In this document: one piece after another, positions 22,873-35,259 of the stretch | Layout of the letters: every line of letters starts with the position of its first letter | How positions within the stretch are numbered: position 1 is the first letter of the stretch | DNA from: Eledone cirrhosa | Lineage: Eukaryota | Reading direction: 5' to 3' | Assembly (NCBI GenBank): GCA_964016885.1 | Contig: OZ024742.1 | Span: forward strand, 37,510,001-37,574,000 | Length of the DNA: 64,000 nucleotides | The notes under the pieces: model-generated | Told to the model about the DNA's origin: nothing | What the model saw: only the letters and a program-made list of their open reading frames with translations | Database searches by the model: none | Translations under genes and position numbers: made by a program

Positions 22873-23334
22873 TATATATATAATAAAATTAATATATACT
22901 TTATTTCATAAACATATCCTTCATAGTTGCACAAACATTACAAATCGTTTGCAATTATTTCGTGGAGTTGCTTCCCTTTGGGATTGACAGACTCCCTGTT
23001 GGTCACTTCCGGTCAACTCATATAAAAGGAGCAGTTTACCACGAAATCTCCCTCTTGCCTCCTGATTCCTGAAGTGGTAACACCTGCGACCTTAGCTGGT
23101 GATGATTCCTTCTTGATGACCCTTTCGTTACCAAGAACAATGCAACTTGCAGCCTGAGATGAGAGCCTAAGATGTCAATACCAGCTAGAAAAGATCTCTT
23201 CTTTTCTCTACCAACTTCAGCCTTGTATTATGACCATCGGGTAACAAATCCTTATATTTAATGCCTTTGACTTCCATGAAGTAAAAACTTTATTATAACA
23301 CACACACCGGTATTTACTGTCTTTTATATTATGT

Positions 23335-23650
23335 TGTAAGTACATCGATACTAATTTCCTAAAGATATATTCCTTCAATGCTACAATATTAAAGAAAATG
23401 TAAAGGAAGGGATGAACAACGGAGCCAACACCAGAGCAAAAGACAGCAACGTCGCAAGTACTGGGCAATCTCTCTAATGTTTTTTGAGGCAAGCCAGCAC
23501 ACTCACAGTGTTGCCTCGGGTGATGGCTAGGCTGATGCGCTGAAACAGCCAAGCACCCTCGCGAGATTCGCCAGTCACCTCTATTAGGCGAGCCGCCAGT
23601 GAGGAAAGGAACCTCGCAGTCAGCGGCCCAACTCCCCCAAATGTCTCGAA
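23335..23650 (-). mobile_element. CRE-like non-LTR retrotransposon, 3' fragment
   Basis: FETFGGVGP..FLSSLAARL..WLFQRISLAITRGN; matches 50270-50555. Confidence 0.8.
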
Positions 23651-24345
23651 ACCATTCATTGTAGGTGTCGGGCTCCGCCAACGGTGTGTACTGTTACCTC
23701 TTCTGTTCATAATCTTCATGGACAGGATTGATATGCGCAGAAGAGTTGAAAGTTGTATCGAGATCGGTGGGTATAGGATCAGTCGGTTGGAATTTGTGGA
23801 CAACCCATCGGAAGGTGATCTCCGACAAGCACTTAATAGGTTTACTGCACAGCAGGAATGAAAATCAGTGCTGCGATGACCGAGTCACTCTACCTCTCAA
23901 GGAAACCTACGCGATGCACTCACTATAGTCAATTCAGTATTCGTGCCAACCCTTACCATTGGTCATAAATCTTGGATAATGACCGAAAGAATTCGATCGC
24001 GAATACAAGTGGCCGAATGGTTCATCTGAAGGGTCATTGGAGCAACGTTACTCGATAGAGTGAGAAGCTCTGAGATCAGAGAGTCGTTTCTTCTCCGAAA
24101 TGAGAAATCACAGCTCCGATATTACTGATATGTGATTAGAATGTCTCAGGAAAGAATTGCTGAACAGATTTTACGGCCAAAACTAATCAGCGGGAGACCC
24201 AGGGGTGGACCCCGAACAAGATGGTTGGATAACATCCATGAACACAGCTGGATCAGTTGGAGACGGTTGCTTCTGACAGTACCCGGCTGAAGGAGTGTTT
24301 GAGGACTCTGCCCACGCGACCCTCCCAGAAGAAGTATAGGAAGAT
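23651..24345 (+). mobile_element. RTE LINE fragment (RT core to 3' end)
   Basis: GVGLRQRCVLLPLLFIIFMDRI and GRPRGGPRTRWLD-like C-terminus. Confidence 0.75.
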
Positions 24346-24651
24346 CGAGAGGGCGGTCGGGGTTATTTCCCCTGACAATTCATTAGTAAAGCTTCCTAAT
24401 TAAATTCTTTTCATCCCGATTGTTTACCACACAGCCTGTCTTCAATGAATAAATATAACATCAGATTATATGGAACTTAATTGTAATTTAACGGAACTAA
24501 AATATTAGGATTGCTTGCGTCATTTATATTTTGTTTCGAAAATGGAAATTAAAGATGACCGTAAGAGTCAGGCGTTCTGTTGAAACTGTTAATGTCTTAC
24601 AGTGACAGTTTGGCCATGTTACATTTACATTGAAGCCAACTACCTTGTTAT

Positions 24652-26225
24652 GTAAGTATTAATATATCCATCTATATTTTACACACGACTTAAGGTGTAT
24701 CTGTTATATTGAATAGCATGAAAGAAAATATATTGTAGATATTTTTATTAAAAAAAAAACAGCTGCAGAAACACTGCATTAGTTATGCCTGTGATAAGTT
24801 ATGTCGCTTTGTTCTGTGCTGCCAGGGAGAATCTATATAAATGTGATAGTCAATAAATAAAAAAATTGGCCAAGAAACAGATTACATGCGATATGCTAAT
24901 ATACTGTCAACTTCTACTTATTGAAGATTGTGTTTTAGTGTTGAAAACGCCTCTGCTTCCATCCGTCTTTTATGGTGTAAGATTCCGCCACGTCTTATCA
25001 CAAGAGGACCTGTAATACACTAATTTGAACAAAGCATCCTATCATATCAGTCAATCCTACATAACTTTAGATCAGATATTATTATTTGTGGAGTTTGGTG
25101 GTTAAATTAGAAAGCATTATTACTTAACTAAGATTGTAATGTTTACAATATTCTTGTTATATAAAAAAAAAAGAAGGAAAAGCAAGTTCCATATTTTTAA
25201 CATATCAATTTACCTATAAGACTTTGTAAAAGTAAAATCAGCCGATCTGATTAAAGAAGCGAATGTAAAAAGAAAACAAGCGAAAAATATCTAGTTAACT
25301 GCAAATATAAAATACATTTACGAAATATATATAACATATATTTGATCCATTATCACGTCGGATGCAATTGTTATTTTCATCGGATTTTACTTTCACTTCA
25401 ATATAAAAAAGGCTTACAAGAAGGATTTTGCCCCAACTTGAAGAACGCCTCCTATTTTTTCATCCATTGCATTATTAAATTCTGCAGAATCATAGAACAA
25501 ATGTTATTATTTATGAAGCTAAAATCTAATGTTTATGATATTTCTGTTATTAAAAAAAAAAGCCTTACTTCTAACATACAATATATATATATATATATAT
25601 GACCTCAGATATCTTAGGCATAACTGATTTCATGGACCGGGCAGTTCGTTGTTTCCGTAACCAAAAAAAAAACTTCATTTCACTTTGCTCTAAATCACTC
25701 AGTTGGAAAAACTAGAGTACCAGCAGCAGCTGAGGTTTAGCTTCTGCAACGAACTGGTGTCTTTTCATATTGCTAGGGGCACTCATCATTAAAACACCTG
25801 AGCAACCTTTTAGGAAGCCAGTTAAACCTACATAGGTCTATATCCTACATAATATGACTGGGGCCACTATTACTAAACACCCAAGAAACCTCATAGGAGG
25901 CCAGCTAAACCTTTATAGTTGTGAACTGTATCAATAATTCAGACCCTTGGCCCCCACCCGAAATAGAGGCCATCAGTGATCTTCCTCAACTCAGTGCTGT
26001 CCAGAACCTTTTCCAAAAGAAGCTTACTAAATGTTTATGAAAGTTCCAATGTAGAGACTGTGTTCTTACATTCCTGCTCGTTTGTAGGCTAACTCTTGCT
26101 TTAGCAGGGAAAATGGTTTTAAAACATTTGTTGGTGTTAGTGTTGTCTTTATTGCTGTTATGATTTTTCATGTCACTAGTCAACTCTCACCTCTATATCT
26201 CTAACAACCTTTCTCTTTATTTCAG
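24652..26225 (+). other. Predicted 5'-UTR intron of ZNF-A
   Basis: GTAAGT donor at 24652 and TTTATTTCAG acceptor ending 26225; both flanks resemble the equivalent sites of ZNF-B and ZNF-C. Confidence 0.5.
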
Positions 26226-26429
26226 GCTATCTGATGACATTGAATGAGGAATTTCACATACCTGATGCATAAAAAACAAATTATGTGATTTTGAAGACTA
26301 CAGATTGATATTATCAAGAGATGTCTGTCAACAAGGAAAGCGCAGCAAAACATTTGCTCAAATAATTAGTTGGTGATTTGATAAACTTAGCATGGCTCTT
26401 TATGTAACACCCATGTAATGTCTTTCATA

Positions 26430-26612
26430 ACTGGATATACATTACCTACTATCTATATACACACTATCAACTATCTGGACATATTATTTTATATATATCT
26501 AGAAATATGTTAAGAACTATCTAGATATATATTATCAACTGTCTAGATATACTTATCAACTATCTAGATATGCATTAACAACTAATAATTATTTCGATAT
26601 ACATTAAAAACT
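26430..26612. repeat. Degenerate ~22-bp minisatellite (ATATACATTATCAACTATCTAG-like)
   Basis: About 7-8 imperfect tandem units visible directly. Confidence 0.75.
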
Positions 26613-27188
26613 AGTTTCTAATTACACAATTGGACTGTGACAAAATTATTCTCTTAAAAATGTTTATGGTAGCTGAAATACTAACAGATACTGCCAAATG
26701 CCACTACTTACTCAAAGAAACAATATTTATTGAGAAATTTTGGAGAAGTTCCACTTGAATTCAATAAAATAAAGATAGACATTATTTTTGTATTTTATGA
26801 ACATGAGAAGAAATTACAACTCAGGAAGTGTATGAGAATCTGTTTTATTACAGATTCCAATCCCAAATAGCAATTTTCTGTATGTACTTGTGTATAAGTC
26901 ACACCTCCATTTTGCATACAACTTTTACAAAGTATCATATATTTTGAATTGAGGTTTTGTAGGTTCAGTAGATAAGTCATATGCTGGTTTTTCCCTCAAG
27001 TATTTTTGTGGAGAAAGGTGCAACATACACAAGTATATACAGTATTTCATCAAACAGAAGAGAATAAGAGGAATACATGGAAAAACTGACATAGTTGTGA
27101 GAAGACATTCACCAAAAATAATCACTTCATTGTACATAGATTACAACAGAAACTTTTGTAAGTTTACTGTTGTGGAATTTGTGTTAAA

Positions 27189-27938
27189 ATGTCTGCTATG
27201 AGAAAATATTTAACGCATCACAAACGTATGCATACAGGTGACAGATTACACCACTGTGATACATGTCAAAAGATATTCCTAAGAAAGTATGACTTAACTT
27301 GTCATAAACGTGTGCACACAGGTGAAAAGCCATATCATTGTGATATCTGCAACAAAACATTTTCTCAGAAAGCTAATTTAACTTATCATAAATATATTCA
27401 CACAGGAGTGAAACCATATCACTGTGACATCTGTGGTAAAACATTCTCTGTTAGTAATAAATTAAAGAGACACATACGTATTCACACTGAAGAGAAGCTA
27501 TATCACTGTGATATCTGTGGTAAATCATTCTCTCAGAATGGTCATTTAACTCGTCACATACAGATACACACTGGGGAAAAACCATTCCACTGTGATTTAT
27601 GTGGGGAAACATTCTCACAGAGCATTCATTTAACTACACATAAACGTATCCACACTGGAGAGAAACCATACCACTGTGATATCTGTGATAAAACTTTTTC
27701 TCGGAATAATATTTTAATTAATCATAAACGGATTCACACTGGTGAGAAACCATACCACTGTGATATCTGTGGTAAAACATTCACGCAATACAGTCATTTA
27801 ACTGATCACAACCGAATCCATACAGGTGAGAAACCTTACAATTGTGATATCTGTGCCAAGTCATTTTCTCGAAATAGTAGCTTAACAAGTCACAAAAAAA
27901 TACACAGTAAACAAGCTATGAAGAATGAAAGTTCTTGA
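27189..27938 (+). CDS. Tandem C2H2 zinc-finger protein (ZNF-A), 8 complete fingers plus an N-terminal half finger
   Basis: Repeated CxxC-12-HxxxH with TGEKP linkers; open 249-aa frame; in-frame TAA at 27159 upstream. Confidence 0.88.
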   Translation: MSAMRKYLTHHKRMHTGDRLHHCDTCQKIFLRKYDLTCHKRVHTGEKPYHCDICNKTFSQKANLTYHKYIHTGVKPYHCDICGKTFSVSNKLKRHIRIHTEEKLYHCDICGKSFSQNGHLTRHIQIHTGEKPFHCDLCGETFSQSIHLTTHKRIHTGEKPYHCDICDKTFSRNNILINHKRIHTGEKPYHCDICGKTFTQYSHLTDHNRIHTGEKPYNCDICAKSFSRNSSLTSHKKIHSKQAMKNESS

Positions 27939-28419
27939 AAGACCATCTTCTTAGTGTTTAAAGGCCATGTTACCTGTTAAAGCAAGGGTTAGCCTTGCAT
28001 GCCCCATTACAAGCTTCTCTATTTTGCCTTATCCTCTGCATCCTCCAGTTTTTATTATCTTAAGTTATGTCTTACTTGGTCCTCTCCTTCACATTCATTC
28101 CCATCACTCCTCTCACCCAATCACTTTCATCCTTCTTCAACACATGACCCAATCATCTCATTCCATTTCTCTCCACAACATTGTCACAATAAAATAGTGA
28201 GGTCACTCTAGGACAATTCACATGAAAGACATGTTACACTTAAATTTCTAGTAAAACATTACTGGAAAAATGTTTTAGACAGCTTTTATATGTATATTAA
28301 TGTTTTAGAATCATCATCATCATAATCTGCTGGTATGTGTAGGACAGGCTGTCCTACACATGGCCGGGTTGGAACACCATGTCCACTCATATTCTCCACT
28401 TTGGGTATGGTTTCTAATG

Positions 28420-28592
28420 CCAGACACTTTATAGAGTCTTCTTAGTGCATTTTATCGAGGCACCAGCACTACCATTTTACAGTGTATTGGGTGCATTTTA
28501 TTGTAGCATTAGCATTACCACTATAGAGTGTGTTGGGTGTATTTTATTGTGGCGCCAACACTGCCACTTTACATAGTGAATTGAGTGCATTT
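28420..28592. repeat. ~45-bp tandem repeat (about 4 units) derived from a retroposon segment
   Basis: Units of ..TTTACAGTGTATTGGGTGCATTTTATTGTGGCACCAGCACT.. type. Confidence 0.6.
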
Positions 28593-28860
28593 TAATAATA
28601 ATAATAATAATGAAAATTATTGTGTATAGTGCTCAGGTGCACTACAATTCATCAAAGGTGCATGTATAGTACATAGAATAATGTAAAAATACCAGGAAAG
28701 TGAACAGTGTATGAGTCATGATATACACATAAATACATGCATGCGTGTATATAGAGGGGGAATATCAGGTGTAGTATTGGAGAATTTCAGGAAGCATGGA
28801 GGTTTTGAAGGATGGAGTGTCCTGACTTCTAATAACTGATGAAGGTAGTTTGTTCTATGA
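28593..28860 (-). mobile_element. CR1/L2-group LINE 3' fragment
   Basis: Reverse match to 5975-6230 with (AAT)n tail. Confidence 0.85.
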
Positions 28861-30182
28861 GCTTTCACATGTATATTTTATTAGAACATATCTTGAATAA
28901 TAATTTTGAAAATATATTTCTTATCAAATTATAAATATAAATTCAATATTTGACATTTGTAACCAGATATATACATGCATATTGTAGTTGTTGAACCTCC
29001 ATCAGTTTTGACAACAAGTGTTCTAGCTGTTTTAATAATGGACCAGACTGCTCATGAAGTTTACATGAAAATGTGCTTGAGCACTCCACAGACAAATGCA
29101 CCCTTAATGTGGTTGCAGGGAGATTCAGTATAATATAGTGTATGACATGACTGAGCTTTGAATTACAGGTACAACTAATTTTTGCAAGCTGAGTGAATTG
29201 CAGCAACATGAAATAAAAGTATCTTGTTCAAGGGCATGACGTGCCATCTGTTGTGGGAATCGAAAACCCTAACCACTTGGCCATAAGCTTTCATATGTAT
29301 AGAAAGAAATATGCAGCCATTCAACAATACATACATACAAACACATACATATCTATATATTATATATAATTTTTAAGGTCAAGTCAAGTTCTGGAGTTTC
29401 ATCTGTGGGTTCATAGAAAATCAGATGAGACATATATTTGAACACATGTGTGTGTGAGAGAGAGATAGAGAGTGCATGTGTATACAGTCATATAATTATT
29501 ATTAAGATTATCTGAGTGTGGATGTTGACTTTGAAAATCCAATATATTTCCAATGTTAAACATCAGCAAACATTATCACACTGTGTTCTCAGGAAGATCA
29601 CAGATAAGATTAGTACTCTATATATGTTTAAATCCCGAGTTGGTATTGTAATTGGTAAAATGCCAATGAAAGCTGCAACACATTTCGGCTGACCTGTAAG
29701 CTAATTTGGCTTTGAACTTTTTTAGTTCAAACCCAGTCAGCTTACGGGCCTCCATTTGGATTTTACTAATTACTATATATATATATATATATATACACGC
29801 ATACATACATATAGTTAAGGTTATTCAGTAGTTTAGTGGTTTAATGGAGGTATTACCAATATTAAAACTTAATGGGAAAGCAGAGTATATATATATTAAG
29901 AATAACATGGTAAAGTTTCACATGAATGTTTTCATTGATTAAAACAAGTTATGAACGTTTCATAGATGATTGGTTCAAGGTCTATATTTATGTTATAGAC
30001 TTGAGTCCAGCACCAATCCGCTCATTAGGCTTGTTAATCTAGCAAAAACCCAAATTTCATCTGAGGGCATTCAGTATCAAATGGGTTATATAAGTTTATC
30101 TATTAGTTTCAAGAATGGGTCTGGTTGGTGTAGATTATTACGTATTGGAGTTGTAGTCACTGAAAATTATTTATTGTCTATT

Positions 30183-30815
30183 ATAATAATAATAATAATG
30201 AAATTATTGTGTACAGTGCTCAGGTGCACTACAACTCATCAAAGGTGCATGTATAGTACATAGAATAATGTACAAATGTCAGGAAAATGAACAGTGTATG
30301 AGTCATGATATAATAACAATAACAATAATGAAATATTGTGTACAGTGCCCAGGTGCACCACAACTCATCAAAAAAGTGCATGTACAGTACATAGGGCAAT
30401 GCACAAACATCAGTAAAATGAACAGTGCACGAGTCATGATACACACATGTGTGCATGTGTATGGAAGGGGTACATCAGGTGTAGTTTTGGCGTATTTCGG
30501 GAAGCATGAGTGTCTTAAAGGATGCAGTGTCTCGGCAGCTAACAATTGACGCAGGCAGTTTGTTCCATGCTTCAGCAACTCTGAGCGTGAAAAAATGTCT
30601 GCGAAAGTCATGGGAGCTGTGCTGTTTTCTTATCTTGTAGGCATGTCCACGTGTGTTAGACACATGGAGATCAAAGAGGCGCTCAGGGTTGCAGTTGGCG
30701 AGATGGTTAAAAACTTTGTGGGTATTCACCAAGTCCATTGCCAGACGTCGGAGCTTCAATGAATCCATGCCCAGGGAAGCAAGGCGTTCAGAGTATGGTA
30801 GGTGTCTGATGGAGA
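30183..30815 (-). mobile_element. Two adjacent CR1/L2-group 3' ends (30183-30306 and 30310-30815)
   Basis: Two tails and two 3' UTRs in tandem; ORF 30475-30768 matches the C-terminus of 5572-6069. Confidence 0.88.
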
Positions 30816-31179
30816 TACAGAAACTGCTTAATATGATGGCTGCAGCTTGAAAAGGTCTGTCTTCCCCATACTAGTATTTACAGCAGGTTTTGGGTTGTTT
30901 TTATGGTATTATGAGTCAAGAAATATGGATTAGGTAGGAATTCTGGATCTAATATAGACATTTATTTTGTAATTAGCTTTATTTTAATTTTAATGAGTGT
31001 ATTAGTTACAAGTTTGGCATTCGATGGTCTTATCCACTGGGTGTTTTGTTTATTATTTGCTTTGTTTTTGGAGTGCATTATTTATGTATGTGGACATTCA
31101 GGGATTATTTTGCATTTGTTCTAGGTGTATCTACATTCAGATTTATGTATTTGACGGTCCTGTTTGCTTATTTAAATAT

Positions 31180-33865
31180 ATACAACTTTGTCTGGGTGGT
31201 AAATGACAACAGCCTGGGTGGGGTAAGGATTTTGGTAGCAGAAAATTCGGTAGATAAGTAATTGGTGAAAATAGAGTAAATAACAGAATAATTAAACTTA
31301 GAGTTGTACTAAATAGAGCAACCATGACAATTATATCTGCATATGCACCTTAATCTGAAATGTCAGATGTACTAAAAGACAGGTTTTATGAGTCCCTAAT
31401 ACACACTACTTCCCAAATAAGTGTTAGCGACCTCATAATCATTGCAGGCGACTTTAACAGGCATGTTGGGTAACACTACAATGGCTTCGATGGGATCCAT
31501 GGGGGTTATGGGTTGGGCACTAGAAATGAGGAAGGTTTCAGGCTCCTGAAATTCTGCAACACTAATGACCTATCTATCTGTAACACAAACTTCAAAAAAT
31601 GAGACAACCATTTAATCACCTATAGATCAGGTGAGCATGCCAGCCAGAAGACGAGATAGAGTGATGATTGTGAACACAAAGTCCCTCCCTGGTGAAGAAT
31701 GCACCTCCCAACTTAACTTAGTAACTAGTGACATAGTTAGAGCTAGAAAAACCTGGCAACAGAAGACAACATGGACGAGAAGAATATGGAAGTTAAAAGA
31801 CCCATCAACCAATAGCAAATTTAGGAGTGTGTTGAGTGACACTTTTGACAGTAAGGAAGAACAAATAGAGACATACGCTATAAAAGAGCAGTGGGAGTTC
31901 CTGAAAGATAACCTACTGAAGGTGTCAAATGAAATCTGTGGTTGGAGTAGGTCTCTAGGAAAAAGGAGAGTGACTTGGTGGTGGAATAGTAAGGTAGATG
32001 AGACAATTAAGGCCAAAAGACAGGCATTGAAGGAATGGCAAAATGGGGGTAGTTGAGAAATCTACCAGAATGCTAGGAGAGAAGCTAGGTAACAAGTGTA
32101 CCTTGCAAGAAGGGAAGCAGAAAATAAAAAATTCAAAGCATGTTTTGCAGCATGAGGTGTTCAGCATCACAAGGCAGTGTATCAGGGAAAAGTGTGTCTG
32201 AGATGATAATCGTGTACTTGACACTGAAAATAAGGTAGCACTGAAGTGCCATTATGAAAAATTACTGAATAAGGATAATACATGGGAAGAAAATAGTTTA
32301 CCCCAAGACTACACAACAGAAGGACTGGCTGTACAAGTCAGCAGTGGTATAGTAAGTAAGGCAATAAAAAATATGAAAACTGGCAGGGTAGCTGGATCTT
32401 CAGGGATGCTGAAAACATCTGGAATGGTGGATCACACCATAGTTACCCATATTGTAAACCAAGTAATACAAAATGGTGTCATACCCAATGATTGGCATAG
32501 CGGCTTCATCGTCAACTGCTACAAGGGCAAAGGAAATGTTCCAGACAGAAAACCATAGAGGCACTAAGTTGGTTGACAAAGTTATGAAGGTCACAGAAAG
32601 ATTAGGGATCAAGTTCACTTAGATGAGATTCAGTTTGGATTTGTGCCATGCAAAAGCACCACAGATGCCCTCTTCCTTGTGAGGCAACAGCAGAAGTACC
32701 AAGCTAAAGGTAAACCCCTCTACTTGGCTTTTGTAGACCTGGAGAAAGCTTTTGACAGAGTCCCTTGTTCCATTATCTGGTGGGCTCTTAGAAAACTAGG
32801 AGTTGACAAGTGACTTGTGAGGGCAGTATAAGCTATGGATAGAGGAACAGTTAGTAAAGTCAGAATTAACAATGACTATAGTGAAGAATTTAGTGTGCAG
32901 GTTGGTTTCCATCAGAGCTCAGTTCTTAGCCCTCTCCTGTTTATTATCATCCTGCAGGCTATAATGGAGGAGTTTTAGACTGACTGCCCATGAGAACTCC
33001 TGTATGCAGATGACCTAACCCTTATAGCTGAATCTATGGCTGAATTAGAGAAGAAATTCCAAACATGGAAGCATGGCCTAGAATCAAAAGGTCTTAAAGT
33101 CAACTAGGGTCCAGATCCCCTCATGAAAATGGCCTTGCTCAGTGTGCAAAAAAGGAGTAAGAAATTCCATCCTATATTCCAAATGCAAACTATGGGTACA
33201 CAAGAGATGTGGTGGGATCTCAGGCAGGCTAACAAAGAATGTAGGTTTTACATGTGGCCGATGCACAGGTGCAGTAAGTAGCAAAAGCTCACAGGATACA
33301 AACTCCTTCAAATGCCCAGATGGCTCTGTTACATGGATGACTAAATTAGCTGTAGAAGGGGTGGGTGGGGGTTCCGAAAGCACAGTAGCTAGAGTGAGAA
33401 AGGTTGGAGAAAGTTCTGGGCGTTACTACTGCTGGTAACTACAAAAGATTTTTCCCTCAAAATGAAAGGCAGACTGTATGATGCATGTATATCAACAACA
33501 ATATTGCATAGTAGTGAAACCTGTGCAGAGGACCTGCAAAGATTGGAAAGAAATGAAGCTTCCATGCTTTGATGGAGGTGCAATAGTAATCTACATGAAC
33601 GGTAAAGCATAAATGAACTGAGAGAGAAATTAGGCATGAGAGATCAGGTGCAGTGTGCAAGAGAGGAGATTGCTTTGGTACGGACATGTAATGCATATGA
33701 AGGATGACAGAGTGCTTATAGTTGATGGAAATTATGGAGTGGACAGACCTAAGAAGACTTGGGACGAGGTGATAAAAACTGACCTTACACAATTGCACCT
33801 CAAAGGTGATGACAAAGGACCTTGATCTCTGGTGCTATGCAGTAATACAGAAGACCCGCAGAGGT
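31180..33865 (+). mobile_element. RTE LINE, near complete but heavily decayed (EN, RT, Cys-rich insert)
   Basis: ISAYAP, AGDFN, TWWWN, YKGKG, FVDLEKAFDRVP, LLYADDL, LLWYGHVM motifs with many stops. Confidence 0.88.
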
Positions 33866-34049
33866 TGAGGCATACATCTAGTATGCACCACTTTCCCTCC
33901 CATGTTTTAATCAAACCACCCAAGCTATAACCCCCCCCCCCCCCCCTGAAATATATATATATATATACATATATGTATATATATATATATACATATACTT
34001 ATGCTCATTGATGTGTGTGTGTTTACATACATATATATATATAATCAAG

Positions 34050-34310
34050 AATACAAGAACAAACAAACAAAAGGATGTATGAAGTTTTATTAATTTCACA
34101 CTTAAAAGAAAGAGAGTTAAACAGCTGACATATTGAGCATTTGCCCTTCATCAGGAATAACAGAATGCGGAATGTAGAATAAAGATGGAATAAAAAAGGA
34201 AAAACGTAAAGAAAAGAAAAAATTGAATTAAAATGAAAACAAAAAGAAGAGAGGAGTGTGACTCGGCATGGAGGTGTGGGACTCGAGATGAGGGGTACAG
34301 GTATGTAGTT
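34050..34310 (-). mobile_element. Penelope-like terminal-repeat fragment with decayed hammerhead
   Basis: Minus strand CCTGATGAAGGGCAAATGCTCAATATGTCAG at 34125-34155; architecture similar to 35260-35400. Confidence 0.45.
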
Positions 34311-34319
34311 GGTAATTAT

Positions 34320-35070
34320 TATCATCATCCTCATTTTACGTCCGCTTTTCTCTGCTTGCAAGGGTGGGACGGGTCTTATTCAGCACAGCATCTCTCCACT
34401 TGTCACGGTCCTTCGTCATCTCCACCGTGAGCTTCAGCGATCTGAGGTCTGTACCCACCACCTCTGCCCATGTTTTTCGTAGCCTACGTCTTCCTTCAAC
34501 TGGCATTTCCTGGCACTTCTTCACCCATCGGTCATCCTCCATGCGCATCACATGTCCATACCACCGCAGTCTCCTCTCTTGCACACTACATTCTATCCCT
34601 CTCAAACACAGTTTCTCTCTCAACACATCCATGCTGGGTCGTTCACGCACATTGACATTGCACATCCAACGGGGCATATTTGCCTCATTTCTCTCCAGCC
34701 GTCGCATATCTTCTGCAGTTGCTGCCCATGTCTCACTACCATGCAGCAACGCGCTCCTCACACAGGCATCATATAACCGGCCTTTTGTACGCAGGGAGAA
34801 ACCCTTCTTCGTCAGCAGAGGAAGCAGCTCCCTAAACTTCTTCCAACCTGTCCTTATTCTAGATACTATGGTCTCGGACCCCCCCCCCCTCCCATGCTAA
34901 TCTGATCTCCTAGGTACCGGAAGCTATCCACCACTTCTATAGTACTCGCCTGCATTTGAAAAATGTGTCTATCAATGCGACTTCTACTGTCTAATTTCCC
35001 TGTACATCTACTGCATACGTATTTCTCCCTACCTGTTAGTTTGCCTGCTATCCCACTACATCTCTTGTGT
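34320..35070 (-). mobile_element. RTE LINE 3' part
   Basis: ORF 34336-34761: LLHGSETW, RRLRWYGHVMRM, GRRRLRKTW; (ATG)n tail. Confidence 0.9.
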
Positions 35071-35259
35071 ATATTATATATATATATCCCATTTGATACT
35101 GAATGCTCTCAGATGAAATTTGGTTTTTGCTTGGTTAACAAGTCTGCCAAGCAGATTGATGCTGGAGTCAGGTCTATAAAACAAATATGGAACTGGAGCC
35201 AATCATCTGTGAAACATTGTCATGTTATTCTTAATATATATATATATATATATGCAAAA

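Noticed and set aside
26430-28592. CRISPR-like arrays at 26.4 and 28.4 kb
   Set aside because: Degenerate contiguous tandem repeats without unique spacers or cas genes.
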